Notes: generated by a model not told the origin, from the letters alone. A DNA stretch of 64,000 nucleotides from an uncultured virus (IMG/VR IMGVR_UViG_3300020379_000310) (IMGVR_UViG_3300020379_000310); one strand, 5' to 3'. Shown: positions 27,146 to 38,259, counted from the stretch's first letter. Translations and numbers: made by a program.

Positions 27146-28591
27146 ATGGCACAAGTACAAATTCAAGCCGCTGGTGGCGTAGATATTGGAAAAATAATGC
27201 TCAAAGCTTCTCAAGAAGCTGGTGGTAAAGAAGTAGAAATCACTAACATGGTTGGTGATATTGTTATTCAAGAAAGTATTCATACAAATTATATGACTAT
27301 GGAGTTAACATGTGGTGACTCCGCAAATCTAATAGGTACACTTCCTATAGTTGGTGGTGAACTAATAACAATTAGGTTACATTCAAATCATTTGGAGTCA
27401 GATAAAGATTCACAAATTATCCACCAAACATTTGTTATAGATTCAATTGTAAACAGAAGATTCAAAGATGACAGGGAAGAGACTTATACTATAAAATGTA
27501 TTACTCCAGAAGGATATAAAAACAATACTACTGTAATCAGTGAAAGGTTTTCTGGGCCTCCGCGAGACATATTCCTAGAAATTTATAACAGGTTTATTAG
27601 GGATGGAAAAGTAATAACTGACGAAATACAAAAAGAGGGCCCAGATTTAAGTTTTCTTGACATGTCACAACAAACTTTTAAGAAAGATAATCACTGTTTT
27701 ATTTCTAATTACTGGACACCTTATAAATGCATGAATTATTTGGCGAGTAAAGTTGCACCAGCTCCTGCTGCTGGAAAAGAATTGATGCCCAATGTAAAAT
27801 ATTTTCAGTCTGATAAAGGACATTATGTAACAAGTCTTTCTAAGTTAGCTGCTTTTTACAAGGAACAGGGAGTTATATATGATGAGTTTTTCTTACTACC
27901 CAATAATGATACTCCATTCATGTTAGATGAACAAAGAACAACAGTTAGTGGTTATAGATTTTTAACTCCATTTGTATCAAAACAATTAAACACAATGGGA
28001 ACTTTGGAAATGCCATTTTACACGCATGACATTAAAGACCAAGTTTCTGGATTTCAAGGTAATATGACAGTCGGGTTTGACATGACAACAAGATTACCTT
28101 ATCATATGGAATTTGATTATACACCAAATCAACCAGAAAGAAGAAAACAGAATGTAAGAACTATGCCACAGGGGTATGAGGATTTTTTCCATCTTGAAGA
28201 CTTAACAACAATGAGACAGTTGTCAATGTCAGAACCAAGGTCTGCTTTGAATGTACAGATAGGTTCCTCTCAGATATGGACTGATAATGACTTTGGTATT
28301 GATTGGAGATTTTTCTTGGACACTGCTTACAGAGATACCGCGATAGAAGAGTTAAATAGATTGGAGATTGCTTTTACTGCTCCAGGCAGAACAGATATAG
28401 ACTTGGGTATGTTAGTGTATCTGAATATACCTAAAACTGGAGAAAAACCAAAAGGTTCCACATCTGTGTTTGATAAAAGACTGTCTGGAATTTATATTAT
28501 AACTGCAATAAGACACGGTGTGGGTACTGCTGATAGTAGTCACAATATGCGAATAACATGTGTCCGAGACAGTGTGGGGAGGGATGACTAA
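27146..28591 (+). CDS. putative baseplate hub protein (gp27-like)
   Basis: Located between gp53 and gp5; LPIVGGE, PGRTDIDLG, LSGIYIITAIRH, CVRDS. Confidence 0.65.
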   Translation: MAQVQIQAAGGVDIGKIMLKASQEAGGKEVEITNMVGDIVIQESIHTNYMTMELTCGDSANLIGTLPIVGGELITIRLHSNHLESDKDSQIIHQTFVIDSIVNRRFKDDREETYTIKCITPEGYKNNTTVISERFSGPPRDIFLEIYNRFIRDGKVITDEIQKEGPDLSFLDMSQQTFKKDNHCFISNYWTPYKCMNYLASKVAPAPAAGKELMPNVKYFQSDKGHYVTSLSKLAAFYKEQGVIYDEFFLLPNNDTPFMLDEQRTTVSGYRFLTPFVSKQLNTMGTLEMPFYTHDIKDQVSGFQGNMTVGFDMTTRLPYHMEFDYTPNQPERRKQNVRTMPQGYEDFFHLEDLTTMRQLSMSEPRSALNVQIGSSQIWTDNDFGIDWRFFLDTAYRDTAIEELNRLEIAFTAPGRTDIDLGMLVYLNIPKTGEKPKGSTSVFDKRLSGIYIITAIRHGVGTADSSHNMRITCVRDSVGRDD

Positions 28592-30945
28592 TGTCAATTA
28601 ATAAAATGAACACAAGATATCCAACTTTTGCTTGGTGGCAGGGTGTTGTTGAAGATAGAAATGACCCAGAAAAATTTGGAAGATATAAAGTTCGTATTTT
28701 AGGATATCATACACTTGATAAAAGTGTATTACCAACCGAATCTCTGCCTTGGGCTATTCCTATGCAACCAGTTACCTCTGCTGCTATATCTGGTGTTGGT
28801 TCATCACCAACTGGGTTAGTGGAAGGTTCTGCTGTTATTGGGTTTTTTGTTGATGGAGATGATGGTCAAATACCTGTTATCATGGGTTCATTTGGTGTTG
28901 AGGATAATGTTCCAACCGTCTTGCGTGAAGGAGAGGCCTCTCCAGAAAGTCCAGAATCTTTGGCACGAAGAGGATTCTATGACCCCAATGGAAAGTTCCC
29001 ACGCAGAAAACAATTAAAAGTACAAGAAAACATAACAGATAATGTCTTAAAGGATAAAGTAAAAGGATTTGTTTCAGATGGTCTTGGGGGATTAGTAAAC
29101 GAAAGCGGAGACAAACTTACAGGAAAAGAAGAGGGTGTTGAAGAAGTAGATGTCGGAAAAAATGTATTAGAAGAGGCATCTTCATCCAGACTTTCCAGAG
29201 GTACAGAATCATCTGAAGCTCACTATTCTTTAAAAGCAAAAAGAGACTCAAGGACAGTAAAAATACCAAGAGGGTTTGCAAGTAAAATAACTGGATGGAA
29301 CAATAGAGAAATTCCATTTGAACACGATGAAAGAAAGTCTCTTACAGATGCTATTGAAGGCATTGGGAATTTTATTACTAACAGTACAGATGAAAAAGAC
29401 GATGGTAAAATTTTAGTCAAGCCAGGCTTGTACGAACCAACTTATTGGGAAGAACCGCACCCACAAGGTTCGGAGAATTCTAAATCTCAGTATCCTTATA
29501 ACCATGTAAGAGAAACAGAAAGTGGACATGTGTTTGAAGTTGATGATACGCCAGGCGCAGAAAGAATTCATGAATATCATACCGCTGGTTCATTTAAAGA
29601 AATTCAACCAGATGGAACCAAAGTAGAAAAAATAGTTGGTGATGACTATGTTATTGATTTAAAAAACCGACTCATGTATGTCAACGGAAACTTTGACTTG
29701 ATGGTAGAGGGTGATTATAACCTTAATGTTAAAGGTAACAAATACGAACACATATCTGGCCACTCTTATAATACGGTCAAGGGAAACAGACTGAATAAAA
29801 TTCAAGGACATGAATTAGTTGATACACAGAGTTCATACTTGTTAATGACTGCTGGTAATTTCAATTGCCAAGTAGGACAATCTGACGGAGATAGTAAAAA
29901 AATTGGTAATTATAGACTGCGTGTTTTAGGAGAACACAATACAACAGTCCAAGGTAAACAAAAAGTTATGAATAGACAGGATTATAAACACACTGTCTCT
30001 GGAGACTTTACAGTAAATACAAGTATTAGAACTACTCTTGACCCAACTGCTGCCGTAGAAGCAGCCTCACAGGGTTCAGTTCCAACCCCAGATGCATTGA
30101 TTACAGGTGGTTCAATCAAATTACAAGCTGTCAAGAATATTCAAGTAACAGCTAAAGCAGATGGTACACCAAAAGTGCCAGGCTCTCCTTTTGGTAGTTC
30201 AGTTAATATTGTTGGTGATAGAATTAATACTACCGCGAGAATAGATATGGTTGAAAGAATTGGTGGATTACCAGGCCCTGTACCTAATCCAGTTGATTTC
30301 CCACCGATACTTCAAACAGCAGACTCTTATGGTAAAAAATACGCTTTCCATATTGGTACTACTGCTGGTATGTCAAGAGTTGTATTGTCTGCTCCAACTG
30401 GGCCAATTTTAGATGGTCTTGTTCCAACTTTCTCAGTACCTACAATCGAAAACAAAGTTATCGGTGCTGGTACAATTGTTGACATGGTTGATGGTGCTGG
30501 ACAGATAGACCAATTGATAACTGGTATTGGTAATATCAACCAAGGAGTTGGTGGTGCTGGAACGATAAACCAGAACATATCTTCTCCAAGCATTCTTGCT
30601 ATGGTTGGTGGTGCGAATCCATTACCGTCTATCGGGCCTATTGTTGATGGTACAAGTCATAGACAGATGTCGCCTGCTTCTATCCTTGATAGAACAATTG
30701 GTTTCTACACTAATACTGTAGCGGGAATAACCACATTCGCTTCTACTGGTAATGTCCTAATAGGTGCGCCGGTGGTTGCTATAACGGCACCTGCTACTAC
30801 CATGTCTGGTACTCTTACTGTTACTGGAATAGTTACTGGTACTGGTGTCACACTTCAAGGTCACACTCATGTATACGCGCCTGGTACTGGTGGTGCAAGT
30901 TCTCCGCAACCAGCAACAACTAGCACCTCTACTGGAGTAGGATAG
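28591..30945 (+). CDS. gp5: baseplate hub / central spike gp5 (no lysozyme domain)
   Basis: WWQGVVEDRNDP..GRYKVR OB-fold, LPWA, YPYNHVRETESGH.FEVDDTPGAERI, VxG beta-helix repeats, C-terminal GHTH. Confidence 0.9.
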   Translation: MSINKMNTRYPTFAWWQGVVEDRNDPEKFGRYKVRILGYHTLDKSVLPTESLPWAIPMQPVTSAAISGVGSSPTGLVEGSAVIGFFVDGDDGQIPVIMGSFGVEDNVPTVLREGEASPESPESLARRGFYDPNGKFPRRKQLKVQENITDNVLKDKVKGFVSDGLGGLVNESGDKLTGKEEGVEEVDVGKNVLEEASSSRLSRGTESSEAHYSLKAKRDSRTVKIPRGFASKITGWNNREIPFEHDERKSLTDAIEGIGNFITNSTDEKDDGKILVKPGLYEPTYWEEPHPQGSENSKSQYPYNHVRETESGHVFEVDDTPGAERIHEYHTAGSFKEIQPDGTKVEKIVGDDYVIDLKNRLMYVNGNFDLMVEGDYNLNVKGNKYEHISGHSYNTVKGNRLNKIQGHELVDTQSSYLLMTAGNFNCQVGQSDGDSKKIGNYRLRVLGEHNTTVQGKQKVMNRQDYKHTVSGDFTVNTSIRTTLDPTAAVEAASQGSVPTPDALITGGSIKLQAVKNIQVTAKADGTPKVPGSPFGSSVNIVGDRINTTARIDMVERIGGLPGPVPNPVDFPPILQTADSYGKKYAFHIGTTAGMSRVVLSAPTGPILDGLVPTFSVPTIENKVIGAGTIVDMVDGAGQIDQLITGIGNINQGVGGAGTINQNISSPSILAMVGGANPLPSIGPIVDGTSHRQMSPASILDRTIGFYTNTVAGITTFASTGNVLIGAPVVAITAPATTMSGTLTVTGIVTGTGVTLQGHTHVYAPGTGGASSPQPATTSTSTGVG

Positions 30946-30949
30946 ATAA

Positions 30950-31573
30950 ATGAGTTGTAAAGGAATAGGAGAAGCGTTTAGTGAACTTGCTGGAGGAATC
31001 GATGAGATTTCGGAAAAGCTAGACACCGCTATTGATGAACTTGTCGATGGTGTTGCGGATGGTATAGGACTAACCGCCGCCAAAGTTAAGTTTGACGCGA
31101 TGCTGATAGAAATAGAAGCAGCTTTCCGAAAAGAATTTCCCGGCTTAGAAGATTTTTTTGAACAGTTAAAAGAAGGAATACCTTTATCAGAAGAACTTCA
31201 AACTGTTATGAATCTTGGCGCACAAACAGTTGCCGCTGTAGAGAAAGTCAAAGAGTTAAAAGAAAAGTATGGAAGTGACTCAGTAGTAGATGATATTCTA
31301 AACGACCCAGCTGGATTTGTTGATAGTTTGGGGGGTGACTTAGAAGCTTTGTGTGAAGCTATGCCTAATTATGAGAAGGCAAAAGATGGTTCAATTAAAG
31401 TCAAGGCAGCTAAATTTAATTTTGATGGTGCAGAACTAGATGTTCAAGAAATAGCAAACGAAGGTCTTTCACCAACGATAAGGAGAATCAAGGAATCTTT
31501 AAAGAACCTAACAGTAACCTTTGAGTCTGCTTCAACAACTGTTAATAAAGATTTAGCTAATCCATTTACTTAA
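30950..31573 (+). CDS. hypothetical helical protein
   Basis: 207 aa ORF between gp5 and gp25. Confidence 0.7.
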   Translation: MSCKGIGEAFSELAGGIDEISEKLDTAIDELVDGVADGIGLTAAKVKFDAMLIEIEAAFRKEFPGLEDFFEQLKEGIPLSEELQTVMNLGAQTVAAVEKVKELKEKYGSDSVVDDILNDPAGFVDSLGGDLEALCEAMPNYEKAKDGSIKVKAAKFNFDGAELDVQEIANEGLSPTIRRIKESLKNLTVTFESASTTVNKDLANPFT

Positions 31574-31582
31574 AGGAAGTAT

Positions 31583-31590
31583 TATAAATA
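31583..31590 (+). promoter_or_regulatory. T4-type late promoter
   Basis: TATAAATA 5 nt before the gp25 ATG. Confidence 0.65.
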
Positions 31591-31595
31591 GTCAA

Positions 31596-31991
31596 ATGAT
31601 TAAGAAACCTACTACAATATACAAAGATTTCGATTTGAGTTTTACAAAAAACCCAAATACAAAGGATATTGCTCGTAGAGTAGATGTTCAGGCGGTCAAG
31701 CAAGCATTAAAAAGTTTATTGTTGACTCAGTATTATGAAAAACCATTTCAACCCAACTTTGGTTCACCAATCAGAGGATTGTTGTTTCAACCAGTTGACT
31801 TGGTAACAGGAACTAATCTTGCTACTGAAATAAAAAGATGTATTCAAAACTTTGAGAAAAGAGTTGTAGTAGAGGATGTAGAAGTATATCCAGAAGTAGA
31901 CCAGAACGCATTTAGATGTAAAATATTTTTCTACATAAGAGGTATAAAAAATTTACAAGAACTTGGAATAGTATTAGAGAGGGTAAGATAG
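31596..31991 (+). CDS. gp25: baseplate wedge subunit gp25
   Basis: YKDFDLSF..NP.T.DI, EKPFQPNFGS, FEKRV, LERVR. Confidence 0.93.
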   Translation: MIKKPTTIYKDFDLSFTKNPNTKDIARRVDVQAVKQALKSLLLTQYYEKPFQPNFGSPIRGLLFQPVDLVTGTNLATEIKRCIQNFEKRVVVEDVEVYPEVDQNAFRCKIFFYIRGIKNLQELGIVLERVR

Positions 31992-33925
31992 TGGCAGTCA
32001 AAAATGTAACAGAATTAGATTTCGATACAATAAAAACAAATCTAAAAACACACTTAAAAAATCAAACTGAGTTTGAAGACTATGATTTTGAAGCATCTGG
32101 TATTTCTCAACTTGTAGATTTATTGGCATATAATACACATTATAATGCTGTTCTTGCTCACATGGTATCAAACGAATCGTTTATTGATTCTGCGGTAAAA
32201 AGAAACTCGGTTGTGTCTATTGCGAAGACAATGGGATACACGCCAAGGTCTGCCCGTTCAGCAAAAGCAACTCTCGATTTAACTGTTGTTCCTGCTCCGT
32301 CTTATACAGCGACCAGTTTAACTATCAGTAAAGAGAAAGTTTTTACTTCCAATGTAAACGGAAGAAATTATAATTTTGTACCAGAAAAAGATTACAGTGT
32401 AGACAAATCGATTGTCAATGGTGTTTCAGCTTTTAGATTTACTGATATTGTTGTCGTGGAAGGAACAAGAGTACAAACATCCGAAGTAATTAGTTCTACA
32501 AATCGTTCTGGCCCAGTAGTACTACCAAATGATAATGTTGATACCACAACACTTTCTGTTAAGGTTCAGACCTCTACAACTAATTTAAACGCGACCACAT
32601 TTGCTAAATCAGAAACAATTACAACCGCTAAATCAACTTCAGCGATATATTATCTTGAAGAGAGAACGGATGGATACTACCAAGTTGTATTTGGTGATGG
32701 TGTTTTAGGTAAACAATTAGATGTTGGAAATATAGTTATATGTGACTACATCATTTCTAATACCACAGAAGGTAATGGTGCAAGAACATTTAGTCCACCC
32801 ACGAATATTACAGGAACAGGAGAACAAATAACAGGACAAACGAAAAGTGCCTCCAGTGGTGGATTTGATTTAGAAACTGTAGACAGTATTCGATTTAACG
32901 CACCGCGATTCAACTCTGCGAAAGGTAGGGTTGTTACTGCAACTGACTACGAAACAGCAATCAAACAGTCCAACCCCAATATTAAATCCGTAACTGTGTG
33001 GGGTGGAGAAGACAATGTGCCTCCAGTTTACGGTAGAGTTTACATATCATTACAACCTCAAAGTGGGTTTGTTATAACAGAATCAGAAAAAGATGATTTA
33101 GTTAAAAATGTTATTAATCCAAAACTACCAGTATCTTTGGTTACAGAGTTTGTTGATTCAGAAAACTTGTTTATCGGATTTAATATCGCGGTTACTTATG
33201 ACCCGAAATTAACCACACAGAGTTCAGATGCAATCAAGACAGATATTTTAAATAAAATTTCACAACACTTTGAAACAAATGTTAATGAGTTGAAGAAAAA
33301 CTTCTTCTTCTCAAAACTAAGTAGAGAACTTGATTTAGTAAATGATTCTATTATTGGTAACAATATAGAAATGAGATTAATGAAAAAAATAGCACCTACT
33401 ATTGGTGAAGATACTAGGTATGAATTAAAATACAATAATAAATTATTAGCTAGTTCTGTAAGAACAAATTATTTTACTGCTAATATTAACGGTTCCCAAG
33501 ATGAGGTCTATATAACTGATAGACCAGATGAAACCTTTACTGCGTCACAACAATACAACGGACAAAGATTTAATCTCGCAAAAGGTGACCTTATCTTAAA
33601 ATTAAAAACAACCAACGCTGTTGTCGGTGGAACTGTGGGTACTATTGATTATGATACTGGGTCATTAGATATAAAATCTTTGAGAGTAGACGCGGTTAGT
33701 GGAGCATCAAACAATAATATCAGAGTTTATATAACTCCGCATGAAAGCGCGAAAAATATTTCTACAGATGATTTGGTTCGTGCAACCGAAGAACAATCAT
33801 ATGCTGTTACTGCTTTACCAGCAAGAAATATAATACTGTCCCTTGATGACTCTCAGATAGACACCACAAACAATGTTAAACAGGGTGTTGCTGTTACAAT
33901 GATATCAAGGGTACAGGATGACTAA
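31991..33925 (+). CDS. gp6: baseplate wedge subunit gp6
   Basis: ELDFDTIK, DYDFEAS, LAYNTHY, FGDGVLGK, RVVTATDY, VWGGEDN.PP.YGRV. Confidence 0.95.
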   Translation: MAVKNVTELDFDTIKTNLKTHLKNQTEFEDYDFEASGISQLVDLLAYNTHYNAVLAHMVSNESFIDSAVKRNSVVSIAKTMGYTPRSARSAKATLDLTVVPAPSYTATSLTISKEKVFTSNVNGRNYNFVPEKDYSVDKSIVNGVSAFRFTDIVVVEGTRVQTSEVISSTNRSGPVVLPNDNVDTTTLSVKVQTSTTNLNATTFAKSETITTAKSTSAIYYLEERTDGYYQVVFGDGVLGKQLDVGNIVICDYIISNTTEGNGARTFSPPTNITGTGEQITGQTKSASSGGFDLETVDSIRFNAPRFNSAKGRVVTATDYETAIKQSNPNIKSVTVWGGEDNVPPVYGRVYISLQPQSGFVITESEKDDLVKNVINPKLPVSLVTEFVDSENLFIGFNIAVTYDPKLTTQSSDAIKTDILNKISQHFETNVNELKKNFFFSKLSRELDLVNDSIIGNNIEMRLMKKIAPTIGEDTRYELKYNNKLLASSVRTNYFTANINGSQDEVYITDRPDETFTASQQYNGQRFNLAKGDLILKLKTTNAVVGGTVGTIDYDTGSLDIKSLRVDAVSGASNNNIRVYITPHESAKNISTDDLVRATEEQSYAVTALPARNIILSLDDSQIDTTNNVKQGVAVTMISRVQDD

Positions 33926-36900
33926 TAGAATACCATCATATCTTGAGTATGTAAAAAATATCACTGTAACAAGCGGTGGTACTGGATATAATAGCTCAAG
34001 CTTAACAGTAAAGATTAGTGCTCCCACTGGTGATAACCCAATTCAAGCAACCGCAACTGCTACTATTGATTTTGCTGGTGCTGGTGACATCACCGCGATT
34101 AATGTTACTAATGCTGGTGATGGATATGAAGGAACTCCTAATGCTATAGTTCAAGGTGGTGCTACTAGTGTAGGCATAACATCTGGTAATTTAAATACTG
34201 GACTTGATGCTGGAACATATACTGGAGTTGCCCCTACTTCTACAAGTCAAGATGGTGTCCTTGCTACATTCAATATTGTTATTGATGCAAATGGTGATGT
34301 AACATCTATATCAACCAATGCAAAGGGTAATGGATTTGCACAGGGAGATACTATATCATTTCTTCCTACAGCACTCGGTGGTACAGGTTCAGAAAAAACA
34401 ATTGTTGCCACTGTAACTCATATTGAAGGTGGCCAGAACGCTGTACTTGCAGTAGAGATTGATAAGATTGCAAAATCTGACATATATTCTCAACCAAAAA
34501 TTTCTAAGATGATTGGGAATCAATTACCAGAATTTATTAGAGATGACCATCAACTTTTTGTAACTTTCATTGAAAAGTATTTTGATTTTTTAGAATCTAC
34601 AAATACAACAGATTCAACCAAACACGGCCCATTAAAAGTACTACAGGATTTTCTATCTAAATTAGATGTAGACTTTAACGATGACGGAAGTATAAACACA
34701 GATGATAACTTCCTTAAAGAATTTTATAAAGACTATGCAAAAGATTTACCTTTAGGTCAGACTGCTAAATTAAGTCTTGTACTAAAAAGAATCAACGACT
34801 TCTATACCGCAAAAGGTAGTAAAGAAGCAATAAAACTTTTATTTAGAATACTTTACGATGAGGATGTAGAGTTATTTAATGCACAAGAATTCGTACTTAG
34901 ACCATCTTCAAGTAAATGGCAACAAGATTATGTTGTTAAGGTATACGAAAGGTCAACATATATCAATGCAACCACACCCGATTATGACCCACAGGATTTT
35001 TCTGGTCAACAAGTAGACCTTCATTATTATCAGTCAACTGGTTCGGTTACAAATTCTTTTACTAAAAGAGCAAGTGTTCAATCTGTTAAGAAGATTGCTT
35101 ACACTAACCCACAAGCATATGAACTCGTTTTAACTGGGATTGATAATACATTCTCATTGCCCGGCGGTGGTGCTGCCAGTGTTTCATATGATGAAATATT
35201 ACAACCAGAAATAGCTGGTGACATAGGAACAATTGTAGGAACAGGAAGTGGTGGTGTTTATGAAAACCCAGATGTTTCAGTAGTTGATGGCACATATAGT
35301 ATTGGTGCTTCAGATTACAGTTCTTACATTGACATACCTTATTCAAATAATCTTGTTGTATCAAAAGGCACTTATGTAAAGACAGCTGGAAACAAAATAT
35401 ACCTTGCTGTTAATAGTGGAACAACAAGTAATAGTGGAAGTGGCCCAACTCACGAATCGGGTGAAAATACAGATGGTAGTGTTAAATTTAGATTTATTCA
35501 ACTAACAACTGCTACAGGTCATTATAGTACAGGAAGTTCTGGTGCTACATTTACTGTCGTTATTGCTGGTAACGCGGTATCTAGTGTCACAGTTACAGAT
35601 GATGGTACAGATTACTATCCGAATGAAGTTATAGAAATTCCTGCTACTAAGTTTGGTGGAACAGGAACAGGTGTTAAAATAAAAGTTGCCACTATCACCA
35701 ATGGTAAAATTAAAAAGGCAATTATTATAGATGGTGGTTCTGGTTTTGCTGCTAATCCAGATGTTCTCATAACTCCAAATAGTTCAGATACAATTGCTAC
35801 TACTGCTCTTTTAGAAACAAGAACTACGGATGGTGCAATAACAGATATAGTATTTACTAACAATACAAGTGGTGTTGGATATAATAATTTACCAGCTTTA
35901 AGAATATCTGTAGGTCTGACACTCACCTTTGTTAGTTTAGCAGGAGAGACTTTCCCATCTGGCGGAACAGATGTTTTCAGTGCCATGAAAGGTATTGTAA
36001 CAAGAGTGTTAAACTCTGCAAAATTTAATTCTATAAAGACAGGTTCAAGTGCAACTGCTGGTGGATTTAAAATTGGTGATTCATATGTTATCAATGAAAC
36101 TGGTGGTATTCTGGGAGTGTATGCTACTGATTACTTCCTTGAAGATTATACAATAACTGGTATATCGAATAATGCATATATTAGAATTACCTCTCTTGAT
36201 GCAAATGGATACCCTGCTACATTTGAAGTACTCGCGGTAGGACAGGGATTCAATAGAGAAGATTTTACAATAGAACTAACTTCCCCAACAGGAAATATTG
36301 CTCTTGTAGATTTTGAAACAGGATATAATGCAGTACTCGGTGGAGTTGCTGGAGATGCTGGTGGATTCTTATCAGACGCGAACAAGTTATTTGATAATTT
36401 AGTTTATCAACCATTTGCTTATCAAATACAATCAGAGTTACAAGCAAAAGAATGGAAAGAATATGTTAAGAGGTCTGCTCACCCAGCTGGATTTGCTGTA
36501 TTTGGTGACTTGCAGATTAAACAAGATATCGATTTCTCTAGTGGATTCACAGTTGAAACAGATGTTTACATGTTCTTCAAGTATCCAGATGTAGAAGAAT
36601 TACTAGTCGCTGAAACAGTTGTCAAAGATATTAGTATTACAGAAGCAGGGCCTGACGAAATATTCCCAGGCGATGCAATCAATAATTTTGATATAGGAAT
36701 TGCTTCTGCTGATTCAGTTGGTGTTTCAGACGAAGATGGCCCGTATACATTTACTGGTACATCCGTAAGAATTTACTACGCGACTTCAGATGGAACTGAA
36801 ACTGGTGACCCATACTTTGTACAACATGGAACAGCATCGGATGACTATGTAGAAAGATTTGGTGTTGGTGACTACTTCTTAAATGATGGTGGTGCATATG

Positions 36901-37721
36901 TAGAACTCGGTAATCCACAAAAACTAGTAGAAATCAACTTTAACTCTACTGATACTGGAGAGTACGCGACAGATTACTTCTTAAATGATGCTGGTAGATA
37001 TACAGTTCTCATCGCAGACGATGCTGAAAGAAGTACAGAATTCTACTTTGCTGGAGATGTATTAACATCACTCGAAGTTCAGACTGTCGCAACCGATAGT
37101 GTAGACATGGGTGAGACTGTATTGATATCATTCGTATTCTTCAGAGAACCTACTGATACATTCGATACTGCTGATAGTGTTGTTGTAGAAGCTCAACCAA
37201 GACCTACTGACACATTTGACATCGCTGACGCGGTGAACAAGTTTGATATCGGAGTCAACCCAACAGATACACCAAATGCTGATGAGTCAACAGTATTTGA
37301 TGTAACTGCTGCTAGAGCTGATACATTTACAAGTGATGATACTATATCAATAGAACCACAATTGATTGGTACTGACACTACCGCGATGCAAGACTCACCA
37401 TCTTTAGAACACGGTGGTGTATATGCAGATACATTTAACATCGCTGATGCGGTGACCAAGTTTGATATTGGTGTAAATCCATCTGATACAGGCGCTACTG
37501 CTGACAGTATAAATAACTTTGATATCACAACTGCGCCGACAGATACTTCAAATACTGCTGATTCGCTTACCACTTTAAACATAGAAATCGACTTAACAGG
37601 TTCTTCTGTAGACGAAGATGTTGCTATGGGAGATAGTGGTAGTCTTATATCACAGTCATATACAGTCGATTTAACTTATTTTGCCGAAGATTATGTCGCT
37701 GATACTGTAGTGAATTTTTAA
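33918..37721 (+). CDS. gp7: baseplate wedge initiator gp7-like protein with accessory domains
   Basis: QLPEFI, FIEKYFDFLE, FYTAKGS..AIKLLFRILY, YQPFAYQIQS, HPAGF; acidic C-terminal repeats. Confidence 0.8.
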   Translation: MTNRIPSYLEYVKNITVTSGGTGYNSSSLTVKISAPTGDNPIQATATATIDFAGAGDITAINVTNAGDGYEGTPNAIVQGGATSVGITSGNLNTGLDAGTYTGVAPTSTSQDGVLATFNIVIDANGDVTSISTNAKGNGFAQGDTISFLPTALGGTGSEKTIVATVTHIEGGQNAVLAVEIDKIAKSDIYSQPKISKMIGNQLPEFIRDDHQLFVTFIEKYFDFLESTNTTDSTKHGPLKVLQDFLSKLDVDFNDDGSINTDDNFLKEFYKDYAKDLPLGQTAKLSLVLKRINDFYTAKGSKEAIKLLFRILYDEDVELFNAQEFVLRPSSSKWQQDYVVKVYERSTYINATTPDYDPQDFSGQQVDLHYYQSTGSVTNSFTKRASVQSVKKIAYTNPQAYELVLTGIDNTFSLPGGGAASVSYDEILQPEIAGDIGTIVGTGSGGVYENPDVSVVDGTYSIGASDYSSYIDIPYSNNLVVSKGTYVKTAGNKIYLAVNSGTTSNSGSGPTHESGENTDGSVKFRFIQLTTATGHYSTGSSGATFTVVIAGNAVSSVTVTDDGTDYYPNEVIEIPATKFGGTGTGVKIKVATITNGKIKKAIIIDGGSGFAANPDVLITPNSSDTIATTALLETRTTDGAITDIVFTNNTSGVGYNNLPALRISVGLTLTFVSLAGETFPSGGTDVFSAMKGIVTRVLNSAKFNSIKTGSSATAGGFKIGDSYVINETGGILGVYATDYFLEDYTITGISNNAYIRITSLDANGYPATFEVLAVGQGFNREDFTIELTSPTGNIALVDFETGYNAVLGGVAGDAGGFLSDANKLFDNLVYQPFAYQIQSELQAKEWKEYVKRSAHPAGFAVFGDLQIKQDIDFSSGFTVETDVYMFFKYPDVEELLVAETVVKDISITEAGPDEIFPGDAINNFDIGIASADSVGVSDEDGPYTFTGTSVRIYYATSDGTETGDPYFVQHGTASDDYVERFGVGDYFLNDGGAYVELGNPQKLVEINFNSTDTGEYATDYFLNDAGRYTVLIADDAERSTEFYFAGDVLTSLEVQTVATDSVDMGETVLISFVFFREPTDTFDTADSVVVEAQPRPTDTFDIADAVNKFDIGVNPTDTPNADESTVFDVTAARADTFTSDDTISIEPQLIGTDTTAMQDSPSLEHGGVYADTFNIADAVTKFDIGVNPSDTGATADSINNFDITTAPTDTSNTADSLTTLNIEIDLTGSSVDEDVAMGDSGSLISQSYTVDLTYFAEDYVADTVVNF
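37140..37570 (+). repeat. degenerate ~18-19 aa acidic tandem repeats in the gp7 C-terminus
   Basis: DTFDIADAVNKFDIGVNPTDT / DTFNIADAVTKFDIGVNPSDT and related units. Confidence 0.7.
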
Positions 37722-37738
37722 AAACTAATTTTAATTCT

Positions 37739-37746
37739 TATAAATA
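37739..37746 (+). promoter_or_regulatory. T4-type late promoter
   Basis: TATAAATA in the intergenic region upstream of a GAGGAG RBS. Confidence 0.75.
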
Positions 37747-37786
37747 AGGAATAACAAGGCAATAACTAATATTAGAGGAGATAAAC

Positions 37787-38236
37787 ATGTTGCAAAATAA
37801 TGCCTTAAGCGCCAAGGGTCGATTGACCGTTGAGCTCTTTGACAAAAGGGGTACTCTTCTTGAGACCCAAGAAGTAAAGAATGTTGTTGTAAACAACGGT
37901 CTTAATTATATCGCATCTCGTATGAAAGATGCCACTGCCACTGCGATGTCACATATGGCAATCGGTTCAGATAATACTGCTGCCGCTGCTGGTAACACCG
38001 CACTAGGTACAGAACTTGGTAGGGTCGCTTTGACTTCTACTACTGTAACTTCAAACTCAGTCGCTTATGTTGGGGACTTCCCCGCTGGTACTGGTACTGG
38101 AGCAGTAGTTGAGGCAGCTATCTTAAATGCCAGTTCGGGTGGAACACTACTATGTAGAACCGTATTCAGTGTGGTGAATAAAGCCGCTGCTGATACGCTA
38201 AAAATCACTTGGACGGTTACTGTATCTGACTCCTAA
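37787..38236 (+). CDS. putative tail/baseplate structural protein (fibre-attachment-like)
   Basis: NVVVNNG, MAIGS..TAA, LGTELGR, AVVEAAI, LKITWTV pattern. Confidence 0.6.
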   Translation: MLQNNALSAKGRLTVELFDKRGTLLETQEVKNVVVNNGLNYIASRMKDATATAMSHMAIGSDNTAAAAGNTALGTELGRVALTSTTVTSNSVAYVGDFPAGTGTGAVVEAAILNASSGGTLLCRTVFSVVNKAAADTLKITWTVTVSDS

Positions 38237-38259
38237 GAGTTAAACTAAGGAGTTAGTAC

